64,000 nucleotides of DNA, taken from contig JAAOMT010000129.1 in assembly GCA_016748015.1 (NCBI GenBank), forward strand, positions 496,001 through 560,000, in the 5' to 3' direction. This DNA is from Geosiphon pyriformis uo1 (lineage: Eukaryota > Fungi > Glomeromycota). The translations under genes and the position numbers were made by a program. Every line of letters begins with the position of its first letter. Within the stretch, counting starts at the first letter, position 1. The notes under the pieces were generated by a model. That model had not been told where the DNA came from and did no database searches. It was given only the letters and a program-made list of their open reading frames with translations. Shown here piece after piece: positions 25,843-39,490 of this stretch.

Positions 25843-28800
25843 TTTTTTATTTGTTTAACGAGTGAGGTCCAAACACTACCTAGTACAATACATTATACAA
25901 GTGATCTAAACCAGGCGTGAATCATGCTCTTTCTACACGTGACCAGTCACTCAGACTAGTCAGGACAACACTAGGCACTTATATGCACTAAGACCAAGTT
26001 ACCTATACCTGAAAAGAATAAACTAGATCTACAAAACCCAAAACCAATACCATTTGCATCAGTGATACCCAATAATCTAACCACATTGGATGAGAGTACT
26101 GAAGAAAGACCAGAAACCAAGACAGGAATAGAGCCATCACGTGGGATCAAGCCACCCTTCTCCATAACAGCTCTGTGTTTCACACAAACCAGCCAAATAT
26201 TATCACAGAATGCAAGACAAAAATCACGCACAAATGCCACAATATTCTGAGCCGCCGTTTTAGAGTCCTTGAAAACAGAAAAAGATTCACAATATCATTC
26301 ATTGAAAACAAAGTCCTTACATATAGCCACACCAACAACAGCATTGGAAGTGCAAGCAGAAAGTGACTGCGAAACACATGAAATCGAGTAAGATAAACCT
26401 GAGCGCGTTTCCCAAACAGATGCATGAGTGTTCATCAACTGAGCATGATCACCAGCATCGAATGGGCACGAAAACACATGATCTGAAATTTCAACATCAC
26501 CACAGAACAAACACATTACACTGGGGTACCCCTTATCATAAAGATGCTTTCGCACAGCAACAGGAAGACGATGATACAATGCCTTCATAAAATATGTTCG
26601 ATAACCAGCAGTATGTGCACTAGTGAAACCAGCGGCCAAATGAGAGTCCGGATGCCACACCGAACATAATCTGACCCAATCAACATTAACACGTAGGCTG
26701 TTCACCAATACCCAAGAACCAGAACCGACCTCCCAATATGCATGGTGAATAGAGTGGAAAACATCACGAACAAAATGCCTAGAATTACCAGAAACCACAG
26801 TACCGCCAGTCTTGAGAAAATGTTCATTGATCCTGTGAGAAAGATGCACACTAGAAAATGCAGCAGCCCTAGCCAAAGTGTCAGCACACTCATTGCCCAA
26901 GACTCCAGAGTGACCTCTAACTTTAATCCAATCAACATCCAAATTTTTGCGACAAATGACATTAGAAATATGGTGGTGTTTGACCCAACAGCTATTCCTG
27001 AAATCTGGACACTCCAACATTAACTCTGACCTGCATGCATCCAAAGCGGCCTGGCTGTCCGAAAACAGATTAATCGAACGAGAAGGAGGGACACACTCGA
27101 AAGCCAAAGTAATGGCCTGCAGTTCCGTCATGGTAGAAGAAACCAAACCAGAAACTTCCACACCTAAATCCAAATCAACGTTCTCAAAAAAAACAGTGGC
27201 ACCAGCTTTCATACCAAGAGTACCCAGCCCACACAAAGAACCATCCATAAACACAGAAAGGTGATCGGAATTAACCTCCAACAAGCGATTGCAAACAACA
27301 TCAAACTCGCAAGACTCAAGTATGTCAGATGAGTCAATATTCAGTGGCAAAAGAAAACAAATGGGAGATGACCCAGAACCAGACAAAAAGTGAACAGCAG
27401 CATTGAACCAATTAGGAATCGGGCCCCGAGAGTTCAGTCTCTTCCACTGCTTGAAAGTCCTCCATTCGAAAACAGAACCAGTTCGATCATGAAGCTGCTC
27501 AACAAAGGCAATTCCATATCACCGAAGTGAAGAGACACATTTATAAAAAGCTAACTCACCAAGAACAATAGACATTGGGGTCCCCTTTTGAAAACGAAAA
27601 ACATTGGTCACGAGACCACCCAGAAAGAGGTCGCAACCCAAAAAAATCCAGATAACACCAGCCAAAAAATTATTCAAAGAACTGACATTAATACGAAAAG
27701 GGAAAAGCAGGGGGTGATAAGGGCGCCAGCTGAGAATCTGTAAATCATGAGACCTATGCGCAAACAGGTGGCCCAAAATACCCACAGAATTGGCAAAACA
27801 AACAACAGCAGCTGACTTGCTCTCGGTCTGGACTTGCTCAAAAGATTTCAACCCGTACAGAGAAGGATGATAAATAGCATCATTGAGAAAGTCGAGCGGC
27901 AAGCCAGATTTGGACTTCAAACCTTTATGAATCATAGCGTCCTATTTTGCACACACACTAATAGGAACAAAACTAAACTGAGTTCTGTAGGCAATTATGG
28001 GGTAAAGAACCACTGACACCAAATACAAGAACTGCTTATCAGATATAGCCTTTCTCAGAACAAGGTTGGTGAAAAATCAGACATCCGAGCATGCCTTAGC
28101 CAAGCTAGGCTTCGACAAACCCTCAGTAGACAGAAAGATACCCAGATACTGATGAGGCTCCCCCCTTTTGGCTATCAAAATAGGCAAACCACTGATCAAC
28201 AAATGAGGGCTGGAAACTCTGCAATTAATGGGAATGGCCACTGTTTTGTCATTATTGATCGAAATGTCATTGACTCGAAAAAACTCACTAGCAACATTGA
28301 AAATATGTTGGGTGGTAGCCTGGCTGCTACCAATCCAAATTGTATTGTCGACAAAAGCATCAGCAGTAAGGAAAGAAGTCAAACCAGCCCGAGATTCAAC
28401 GCGACCAGTGTTGGCAACAAAACAAGAGTCTAACCTGTATCCACATACACTTTCTTGTCTCTTGACTTCACACAAAAGAGGATCATAAAATATGTGCCAG
28501 AGAAGAGGAGAAAACACCTCTCCTTGATCCAAACCATTATGTACCCGATATTCATTAGTCAACCCAAAATCTGTCATAACTCTGTTAACCCAATCATTGT
28601 GGATGCTACCAAAAAACCGAATGAATTTGTTACACATTTTTATTCTGACCAAGCTCTTCCTTAGATGCTTCCAGCCAACCAAATCATAAGCCTTTCGCAT
28701 GTCTTGCAAGACCAACCACAGCTCTCAGTTCTTTTCCAAAGCATCCTCAACAACCAATCCAATAGCGAAAATAGGAGACTGCGTGGTCATGCCTTTTAAA

Positions 28801-29638
28801 ACAGAAAAATTATCCCCCCTCAGAATGTCAAAAACACTACAAGCTGATGAAATTCTGTCCAAAAGCACTTTAGAAAGGATTTTGTGAGCCGTCTCAACCA
28901 AAGCAATAGAACGGGTATTCATGAAAACACCCTTCCACTTATATGGTTTGGGGATTATCGACACCCAAGCCTCTTTTCAAGGCCCAGGAACAGATTCACA
29001 CTCCAAGCAAACATTCAAAAGCACTAAAAGCATATCCAAAACTGATTTGTCACAGTGTTTCCACAACTCATTCGAAATACCAAAGAGACCAGCTGCTTTC
29101 TTATCAGGCAGGTTCGAAACGACATTAGACATTTCATCAAAATCAATTAGACTTATTACACCAGAAAAAGCGTCATCAAAAACATACTCTAAAGGCTAAT
29201 ATTGGTGATTCCAGACACCAGTAACATCAGAAACTACATTGCGCTTCCTAGTCTATCCCTCCATAACTGCATTTACTTTGGCCTTTACCAGAGCGGGCTC
29301 CAAAACCAACTCATCATCAACAACCAGATAATCCAAAGTTACTTTGTGAAAAGGACGTTCCAATACACTCCTAATAGTGTGACTTTTGTCCAATTCAAAA
29401 CTCTCCATCCTCTTATCTATCACTGATCTGATTTGAGATTCCCTAACTCACACCGCTTCCGACATTTTGGATGCACAATAAGACTTTTTGACCACAGACA
29501 AAACTGACCGAATAGCATTGAAGTGGGAACCTGATAGGAAGAGAGACTTCACCGCAGAAGCATTAACCGAATCCAACTCTTCTCACCTGTCGAGCAAGGA
29601 TGCAAACTTCACAGCAGAATCCATATGAGATGCTCTAA
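25843..29638 (-). mobile_element. 5'-truncated LINE of the same superfamily (RT, RNase H, Zn knuckle, 3' UTR), pseudogenised
   Basis: QDMRKAYD, QGEVFSPLLW, AFVDNT, FMDGS, TELQAI, SDSQAA, HSGVLGNECAD, CLFC...HVFSC. The 3' UTR matches 6590-6706. Flanks TAGCTTATATA / TAACTTATATA are a possible TSD beside a (TA)n tract. Confidence 0.9.
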
Positions 29639-29704
29639 CTTATATATATTTAAAATAATAATATTTAAAGTCTTTAAAGCTAAAAAACCAATTAATAAAT
29701 TAAC

Positions 29705-29705
<1 letters not shown>

Positions 29706-29747
<42 letters not shown>
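29706..29747. repeat. (ATA)n microsatellite
   Basis: Direct trinucleotide run; explains the poly-Ile ORF 29625-29807. Confidence 0.9.
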
Positions 29748-29750
<3 letters not shown>

Positions 29751-32301
29751 CTGAGTTTTTTTATCTTTCTATTAATATTTTTATATATAAATATAAATAA
29801 AAATTAATTTTTTTAATATTTAAACATAATTTTTACTAATTTTTTTTGTTTAAAGCATTAATAAAAAAGTTTATTGGTTCTATTACTTTAAAAAATTAAT
29901 ATTTATGAAAATAATTGTAAAAAAAAAGATATTAAAAACCCAAAATAAAATTAAAAAAAACTTTAAATTTTTATTATAATATAATAATCTATAAAAAAAA
30001 AGTTTAATTTATGTTGTTATAATTATATTTTTTATATTTATATATTTATAATTTAATAACAGATATTATTTATATTTTTTAATAAATATTTAGTTTAATA
30101 TTTTTTATAAAATTAACAAAATATAAATTAAAAAATAAATAAATAAAATAAATAAAAATATAAATAAATTAAAATTATTATATTAATTTTATAATTAAAA
30201 AAATATTTTTAATTTGAAATAAATTTTTATAGTTTTAAAAATTTTTATTAAAAAATTAATAATTAAGTTAATAATTATATTAATAATTTAGTTAACAACT
30301 TATTTAAAAAATAAAGCTAATATAATATTAATAATCAATACATATAATTAAAAAAATTTAATTACAATATTATATTTTTAATTATGTTAAAAAAAGATTT
30401 GACAATTATATATTTAAACATATATTTTTTTAATTTATTATTAATTTTGTCTTTTTATAATATTAATAACAAAATATATTTTATTTTTATTTTTTATTAT
30501 AATTTGTTTTTAATAATAAACAAAATATTTAAGTAATTTTTTGTTTAATATTTGTAAAAAATAAAAAAAATAATTTATTTAACAATACAGCAGCTTTGAA
30601 ACAAAAAACAATTACAGTAATATACACTAAAGCCAAAATTAAAAGAGAATCAATTTGATTAATCTTAGATAATGAATTTATTAGAAGTATTATTACTTAT
30701 TGATTGATGTAATAATTAAAAAAATGTTAACAGATCTGTTTAAATAGTAATTATAATTACCAATAATATAAAAAAAACATTTATAAAAGAAATTAATAAC
30801 TTCTTTTTTACTATTAATAGAATTATTATTTCAATTAAATTTTTATTATAAATATACTCTAATATTAAACTTTTGTTAAAAATAATTGGCTTTTAAAACC
30901 AATGTTAACTTAGATTAGAAAATACAAGAATTAAAAATTTTTTACTAAAAATAATATACCAGAATACTAGTTACTTGTGATACTTTTAACAAATAATCTG
31001 AAAAAGTCCCAAATTTTAAATTCAAAGAAAAAAAAACCAATTATTAAAATCTACATAATACTTAACTTTTAGTTTAATTGGGCTGAAAAAATAAAAAAAC
31101 TTTTCGAAACTTTGAAATTATAATTAATATTATTATAAGTTGAAAAAATTAGTTATTAAGTTATATTAATATTAACAAATAAACAAACCAACAATTAGTA
31201 TGTTTTATACTTAAAACCAAAACCAAAAAAACAACTAGTCTATATTTTACTCAAATATAAGAGTTATAATAAAAAATTTTTATTTATAAAAGCCTATATA
31301 TTATTTAAAAAAAAATACAAAATATAAATATACTACTATTATAAAGCCTATCACTAAAAATAATTTAACTGTTTAAAATAAAATAAAAAATAAAACAACA
31401 TATTTTGTCTTATATGCAGAAAATTACTATTTAAAAAATACAATTAGATTAACATTGCAATAAAAAAAAGAATCTGTAATCAAATTTGCTAATATGCTTT
31501 TTCTATTTCTAAAAAAATAAAATATGGAATACTCTTTACAGTAATTTATAATAGTGCTTTTAACAAACTTTATTATTACTTATATGATGTCAAAATAATA
31601 TATTAATTAACTATAGTTTTTATTAATAGAGAAATCTAAAAAGATGTTTGTTAAATAAAAAAAGCTAAATACATTGAATACATTATAAAATTAGCAAAAT
31701 TCAATTATAAAGATAAAGTAGAGCTTTATTACTTAATTTCTAATCATATTTACTTTTTAAAAAAATTCAAATTTAATAACTAAAACAAATAAATATTCAA
31801 TTATATAAAAAATATATCATGTTTTGTGATAATATATAGTGTTTTAAATACTATGCTCTTAATATACTATTACTTATTAAAGATAATTAAAAAAAAATTA
31901 AATTTGAAAAAGTTGAAAAAAAATTTTAATAACTCTAATTTATTTTATCAAAAACCAATTTGCTCTATTACTCAAATACTTTAACAACAATGAACAAAAA
32001 ATTAAATCAGAAAAGTTCATAAAATTAATACAAAATATAATCTTTAATATTCAGAAAAAGATATTTTTATCTTGAAACTAAAAATGCTTATAAAACCAAT
32101 TCTAAAATTGCTCTTAAAATTACATCAAAAACAATAATACAAATTGTTTTTCAATTATTATTGGCAAGCAAAGAAATTAATATTAGAAAAAAATTATTAA
32201 TACAAAAATACTGTTACAATTAAAACTTATACTTCTTATTAATTATCACATGTATTAGCCATTGATGTCATATAAATTAACCATACTATTTTTAGATAGT
32301 A

Positions 32302-32432
32302 ATCATTGACCTGATCAATGATCTGACTGTTGACCTAATCATTAATCTGATCATTGACCTGATCAATAACTTGATCAGTGATCTAACCATTAATCTGATC
32401 ATTGACCTAGTTGTTGATCTGATCATTGACCA
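32302..32432 (+). repeat. About 11 tandem 12-bp units (consensus TCATTGACCTGA) in the family-A LTR, just upstream of TATATAA (~32444); second copy ~48344-48474
   Basis: Directly visible periodicity in both LTRs. Confidence 0.85.
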
Positions 32433-32967
32433 CTTTTGACAGCTATATAAGCAATGAATCTCTTAGCTGTAGAAAAACATGTAAGAATTAAAGAAATAAA
32501 GAAATAAAATAACAACTTCATTTCAATCTTTCTCTTATTGCTAATTTTCTTTTCCCTACCTTCAAGTATCTAAACATCTTAAAGATAAAAGACTACTTGT
32601 TGGTATTTACTTATTCTTTTCCTAAAACATGTAATTGCAGCATTTAAAGACTATTGAATAAAATGTAACTGAAGAGTACATTTGATACCTGATATTGAAT
32701 TCTAAGAGTGCTGACATGAGGCATAGAATTATACCAAGCATGATCAATTGTTGACAGTATGGACTATTCCTTTACCTTCAAATTTCCTAGTTATCTTTTG
32801 AAAAGCATAGCAACTGAGATATTTTATGAGACTGATCTCACATATTGAATCTATACTTATTCAATTCACTCTTTGAAGTTGAATTCTCTTTGATTATTTC
32901 TATCACCCTACAATTCTGTTCTCCCTTGCTATCTATTAGCTTGTTACTCCAACCCATAACATAAAAG

Positions 32968-32984
32968 TGGTGCTCCCTGTAAGG
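32968..32984 (+). promoter_or_regulatory. Primer-binding site of element A, TGGTGCTCCCTGTAAGG
   Basis: 6 nt after the 5' LTR end; one G>A difference from the 18095 site. Confidence 0.75.
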
Positions 32985-33013
32985 TTGTCAAATTCCACTT
33001 TGTTTTTTATTGT

Positions 33014-36000
33014 ATGGGTAATTATTCATATCTGCCACAACAATCAGAAGAACACTTTAAAGCACACAACAAAAACAATCTAGACTTTATTGAACTCAAT
33101 CTTTTGCCCTCCTGCTTGATTTGCTTCCCCATTGAAGATCAATCCAGTAGACAATTCCAAGATTTTTGGAACTGGTTTCTGAACAAGCATTCAGCTGAAA
33201 CCTACACAGTCTATACAACTTATTACTTTGATCAAGCTTATTTTGAAAACAACTTTGGAAAAAGAAACAACAGTATCAATTAGCTCTTATATTCTATAAC
33301 TTTTAAACAACAGCCCTCTGATTTTGAATATTTGAATCATTAAATCCACATTTGAATTGCTGCCCATCAATTAACAGAAACTCCTCTTGAAACAGAAGAA
33401 GAAAGCTATCAAACCATTCCTGTTTTTTATCTCTTTTCAAGTGAATCAGAACACTCTACACAAACAGTTACACCTGAACCAATGGCTCAAAACCCTCTGC
33501 AACAAAACATTCTGATCACCCTTCAAGGTATACAGACTGCTTTAGGACAAAGAAACAACACCCCATTACTATTATTCAGACATGATGCCCAAGATCCAAT
33601 CGAATGGCTGGATGATTTTAAGAGAGCTGCCACAACAAACCAATATGATAATAAATACAAGTTCCAAATTGTTGGTGGCTACCTCCAAGGCTCTTCTGCT
33701 ACTTGGTTTTCACAAGAAACCAATCCCAATGCTCAACAAAAAATTATTAGATGGGCACCAGCAAATGCTGGAGAAGACAACATCTTTTTCACTATCCAGT
33801 TTGAAATAAAATTTAAAACTCCCATCTTAATCTCAAAATGGCATATGGAATTAGAAAAAAAAACTCAAGGCCCTGGTGAGGTTGTAACAGAATATGCCAA
33901 AGCAATAAGAAAACTTATTAAATGGGTAGACTCTGGAAGAAATTAAACAGAAGAGCAGAAAATACATTCCTTTACAAAAAGACTAAGAACTGATTTATCA
34001 TATGCTCTTTGGCCTCTCCTGGCTTTAAAAAATAATCCCACAATGGATATGGCCATTGAACTTGCTCAAAGAATAGAAGACAATTAAAGAATGCATCTAG
34101 GATCCACACTTCCAGTTTTTGCTTTTGCTCTCCAAATGGCTGCTACTTCTTTTGCTGCCCAAACTCAAGACCCAAATGAACAGTTAATAGATAGACTCAC
34201 AGCTAATTTTGTCCAACTATTAGAACCATTAGCCTAAGCAGTCAGAGACAACCAGCAACTCCAAAAACCCAGATTTGAATCTGTTTCAATCAGCTCCAAC
34301 AACCACCATATCAAAGACAACAAAATTGTGGCCCCCCTGTATGCTATCACTGTAGACTAACTGGACACTTTTTCAGAGACTGTAACAATCCTCTATTGTC
34401 TCTTCCAGCTCCCAGAAATAATGACATCCAAAATAACAGATTCAACAATAATAATGTTCCAATTCAAAGACCCAATTATGCCAATATTAATTTCTTTGAA
34501 GAGGATCCCTTAGTTGAAGCTATTGTTTATTAGCCTTTAAACTGGTAAGTGCACCTTCAAAGGGTGAGAGTGCAAGCCAACCAGAAGAAAATCTCTTTTA
34601 TGCTTTTAACCTAACTAATAATGATCATAATATGAATAAACTAGCAATCAACACCTCTAAATCAACCAAAAAGAAGAAGAAAGCCAAGGTTGATTTTGTC
34701 TTGAACTCAAACAAAGCATTCAAATCATCTGTTAATAACAATGAGCCACCAAAGGCCAAAGTTTTCAAGAATCCTCCAAAGTTGGAACCCCCAGAAATAG
34801 TACAAAAATCTGGATCCTATTCTGTTGTTAAAGATTTCATGGAAACTCCAGCACACATTACATTTGGCCAACTGATGACCCATTCACAGTTCAGAAAAAA
34901 TTTTCATAAATCATTGATACCAAAAAAAAAAACACCAAAAACCAATAAACGTCCTTGCCAAGCTGAACTTGCTAATAACAGCAATGTTACCCCTCTGATT
35001 TGTAAAGCCCAAGTGGCTGGTTACTTCATTGATCTGATTCTAGACAGTGAATCATCTGTTAGTGTAATTGCCAAACATTTTTTTGAAGCAATTGGCAAAA
35101 AGATTAATGAGCCTTCCACAAGACCAATAACTAATGTACATGGTGACAAGAAGAAAGGTCTGGGCATAGCCAAAGCTATTCCTGTTCACATCAATAGTAT
35201 TAGCATTGAAACTAATATGAAAGTATCTGAAGCAAAAAAGTACATTATTATTGTTGGTAATGAATGGCTTAAGAAAGCCAAAGCACTACTTAACTATGAA
35301 CTTTGTGAGCTAACCATCAGATGTAGTGAGAAATCCATTGTGGTTAAATGCCGACATTGGAAAACTCCTCCAGTAACCCAACAGAACCAAAAAGAAGAAC
35401 AATTAAATGAATCAGATGATGATAAAAGCAATAATGATGAAGATTAAAAAGAACAAAAAAAAACTGCTGAACTTGTCTACACCATTTTCACCAGCAATGA
35501 CAAGCCACTGAACAATGTTAAAGCTGACAAAAAAGGAATCAGGGTGAATGGCAAGATGATCTGCTGGCCCTACTATGATATCCTCAGAAAAACTTTTGAC
35601 AAAAAACTTAGCAAGAAAGCCAAATACAGTTATTGGTGGCATGGCTCTTGTGCACAGTACTGGTGTAATAAACCTTTGTATTCACCAAGTGATGAATGCA
35701 AATTCTGCCTGATCTATTACAAAGATTAGAAACCAATTAGCTTAATATCTCGAGAAAAACTTAAAGAAGTACAAAAGTTCTTTGAGAATAAACCACCTAA
35801 AATCCAATCATTAGTTGTAAAACAAAGAGAACCTTCACTTAAAGAAAAAAAAGTAGACATTGAAAATCTGTTGGCTAAAAATAGCCCAGTTATCTCAAAA
35901 AAAAGTGATATCTCTGGACAAACTCATGTGATACAATACACCATCATCACAAAAAAAACTTGTCCCATCTATCTGAAGCCTTATCAATCCAATAGATGCA

Positions 36001-36264
36001 ATAATAAGTTTATCAAGAAAAAGATAAACCAAATAAAAGATCTTGGATTCATACAAGAAACCAAGAGTAAATGGGCTTTCCCAGTAGTAGTGGTATCCAA
36101 GAAAAATGGAACTCTACACTTCTGTGTTGACTACTGTTAATTAAATGCCATTACTATAAGAGACATGTACCCACTTCCCAAAATTGATGCAATGCTGGAT
36201 TTTGGCAAGTAAAAATGGATCCAAAAAGCAGAAAAAAAACTGCTTTCATCACCAAATATGGCAC
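33014..36264 (+). pseudogene. Element A gag-protease-RT N-part, degenerate
   Basis: QDPIEWLDDF capsid-like motif; CYHCRLTGHFFRDC knuckle (~34342); LILDSES/IIVGNEWL protease; WAFPVVVVSKKNGTLHFCVDY and YPLPKID RT; multiple stops. Confidence 0.88.
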
Positions 36265-37210
36265 TGTTACTGGAGATTTTTGGTCTCTTTTCTGTAATGT
36301 TGTTGATACTTATTTGCTGTGAATTCACGTTTTCTGGATGTGGTTGAACCTCCAGTAACTGAATTTATCTTCAAATTATCTCCTATAATTTGAACTTGCT
36401 GGGCTTATGAGTGGAATGGCCAATTCCATGCCAGTTGCTTTATGTAGTTACGTTGTAGTAAATGTCAACTCTTTCCTAAGAATTGCTCGTCTAGAAGCTC
36501 ACTAAAAATGTGTAGTTACTTTGCTGTGAAAGTCAACTTTTCTACAGGAATCTTGTCTATAGGCTACCCTAATGATTGTAATAAGAAAAGAAAAGAAAAA
36601 TAAAAGAAGTGTAAAAGAAATAGGATTTTATCAAGAGAAACGTTTTCTATCCAGGCCTGGAGTCACTAACAGTTTACTGAAATTGGTAGCTAATCAATTT
36701 CGAAATGTTAGTTGGGTTTTGGGGATTTTCCAAGTGCAATAATTAAAAAATTTGGGTTTTCGAATTATTTGATATTTATTTCTTTTTGTGTGTATAGAAA
36801 TGGTTCTAAGAGATAAATCTAAAGTAAGATACATTTTCTCAAAAAGAGAAGCTTTTCTTTTATACAACTTGTCGTAACACTATTTTATGAACTCGAACTT
36901 TGCTATTTTCTACAATTTCGCTGAACTAAAGATACATTTCGGCAAACTATAAGTTATTTCGGCAAACTATTAGATATTTTGGTAAACTATCAATTATTTT
37001 GGCGAATTTCTACAAATTTCGGCAAACTTTTTGAATATTACATAGTTCGGGGTATTGCATGATTGATCATCGCAATTAGGTTACATTGGTATTGTGTACA
37101 ATTTGGGTTATTAATTAAATGATAATTTCAGACATTTTTGCTAATATAATAAGTGATCAAAAACAATAATATATACTAATTAATGATAGGAATTATAAGA
37201 TAATTTCATG

Positions 37211-37930
37211 CTAAATAATATCTCTAATTTTGTCTGGTAATATAACCTCCTCCTCAAGACTGAGCTCCATTGAAGTCCAAGTACTGTCTGTTATTTCCAG
37301 ATAATAATCCAAAATTAATGAAGAAATTTGGTCTGAAAATTGTTGAAATTTCAGTTTTGTGAGCTTTCCAATGTATTGAATCTTCAAAGGTTGAAAAATT
37401 GGGTTTTGTAGTATGTTTTCACAGGTGTGGAATAGGTCATAAAGTCTAAGAGCAGCTCTAAGCCTGTAGCGACTGTTTGTTGATCCAGCTGTTGTCTTGA
37501 ATTCATTGTGAAGTTGTTTCTGAATAGCTTTTTTTGTGAGGTTTGCTGTTGTAAGTTTCAGTTTCCATTCGTAGAGTGTTTTTCCAATGTGAAAATATCT
37601 ATAGATTGGAGGATATTCAGTGTTTTCCTCCTTGAGACACAGTTGAAGTTTTTGTTGAATTGTAGAATTTGGTGGAATACTAATTGGAGTGAGCATTAGG
37701 TTTTCTCTTAAAGCAAGCTTTAAAAGTTCTGGCAGGTGAATTCCAGTATAACTTCTTGTGTTCTTTTTATATGGGTGATATTTTCATGAATTTGGGGCTG
37801 AATTTGTAACTACTTCTGTTTGGGTATAATTTATGTGGTTTCCAGTAACAGTAATGGATAATTCAGGTATTGTTTTTAAAGCTAACATTAGTTTTTGGGA
37901 TAATTGTTGAATGTTTTGAGAAATAGTCAT
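37211..37930 (-). CDS. Element B ORF3, unknown function (~239 codons, one internal TGA), running through the PPT into the 3' LTR
   Basis: ATG at 37930 is in frame with ORF 37211-37696. An eroded equivalent is in E (~53560-54290) and a distant homologue in A. Confidence 0.6.
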
Positions 37931-38056
37931 TATAAGCAATTGAAAAAATAAAAAATTATTTTTGGTGTATGGGTTTTTATGTTATTTTTGTTTTTGTTTT
38001 TTTTTTTTTTTGTGAAATTGTTTCTAAATTATAAGAGAATAACTAGTAAAATTAAA

Positions 38057-39442
38057 TTAAGTGTTCAGGTTGGAAGGTTGTTCAATGACAACTATTGGTT
38101 CTAAGTTTTGGGGAATATCTTCGGGACTGACCAAAGGGGAATGTGTACCAATTTGTGAAATTAATGGTTCAGGATTGTTTCTGGAATGATAGTGTTTCAA
38201 ACGATCTCTATGTGCAACTTTTGCTAGGATTTTGTTATCAAGTCTTAGCTTGTATAATCCATTGTCTAGGACTTCATGAATAAAAAATGGTCCATCCCAT
38301 TTATTTTCAAATTTTCCACTTCATTGTTTTTCAGCTTTAGTTCTGTGTAAGAGAACTTTGTTTCCAATTTTGAATTTATTGGTGACTGAAGGCAATTTGT
38401 CATCATGCCGTTCTTTTTGTTGAGCTTGGGAGTATTCAATATGGGTGGCTGCTATTCGTCGTTTTCCTTCCAATGTGCTAAGCAGAGTATAGGCTCTTTG
38501 CTAAAGCATTTCTTGGAAATTGTTTTCATTGATTGGTTGTGCTGGGTATGTTTCCACTGTGAAACTGATTGGTAACGTTGCCGTCCTTCCATAAGTTAAA
38601 TCAAATGGTGTGTGTTTCGTGGTATTTTGTTTTAATGTCCTATATGCTAGTAACACTGATGGAATAAAGAGATCTCATTCTTGCTCAAAATCGGTTGAGA
38701 CTTTGGCTAATGACTCACACAATGTTCTGTTAAAACGTTCCACAAGTCTGTTTGTTTGTGGATGGTAGGGCGAAGACAGAGGTCTTTTGACATTAAATCG
38801 TTCACAAATTTCTTGTATCAGGTTGTTCACAAAGTGTGTTCCCTGATCGGATAAAAGTTCAATTGGACATCTATGTCTACAAATGATGTCTTCGTAGATG
38901 AAATTTGCTACTGATTTTGCATCTGCTCATTGAATGGCTCTGACTTCAGGCCATTTAGTAAGATAGTTTACAGCTACTGCAATATAACGGTTTCCTTGAG
39001 TGGTGATAGATAGTGGTCCGACTAAATTGATACCAACTCTGTCAAAAGGCTGTCCAATTTTGATTGGATTTAAAGGTTCTGTAGGGCAAGTTCCTCCTCT
39101 TTTTTGACAACTATCACAAGATTTGACATATTCGTGAATGTCTTTTCTTATTCGAGGCCAAAAGTAGTATTCTAGTGTTTTTTGGGTGGTGTTATTTTTT
39201 CCAAAGTGTGCTGATGAAAGATCTGAGTGCATGTTGTATAAAATGGTCTCTTTTTCCTGTTCTTGTATTAATCTGAGTAGTTTGGTTGGGTTTTTGAAAT
39301 TTCAATGATAGATAATGTTGTTGTGTAGAAAATATTGTTTGGCTTGTTGTTGTAACCGATGTTTTTTGTTTGGGGACCAATCTGTTGGGATTGTTAATGT
39401 CTCCAAATATTGTTTGAGATTGTTGTAGTTTTCGGGGTTTAT
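38057..39442 (-). pseudogene. Element B integrase (HHCC, DDE, GPF; no chromodomain)
   Basis: MHSDLSSAHFG...CDSC, VGINLVGP (D>N), SDQG, LVERFN, WDGPF; in-frame stops. Confidence 0.9.
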
Positions 39443-39490
39443 TGTTTGTTGTTTTGATGCTGTTAATTCAAATGGGTGTTGGTTTTGTTT

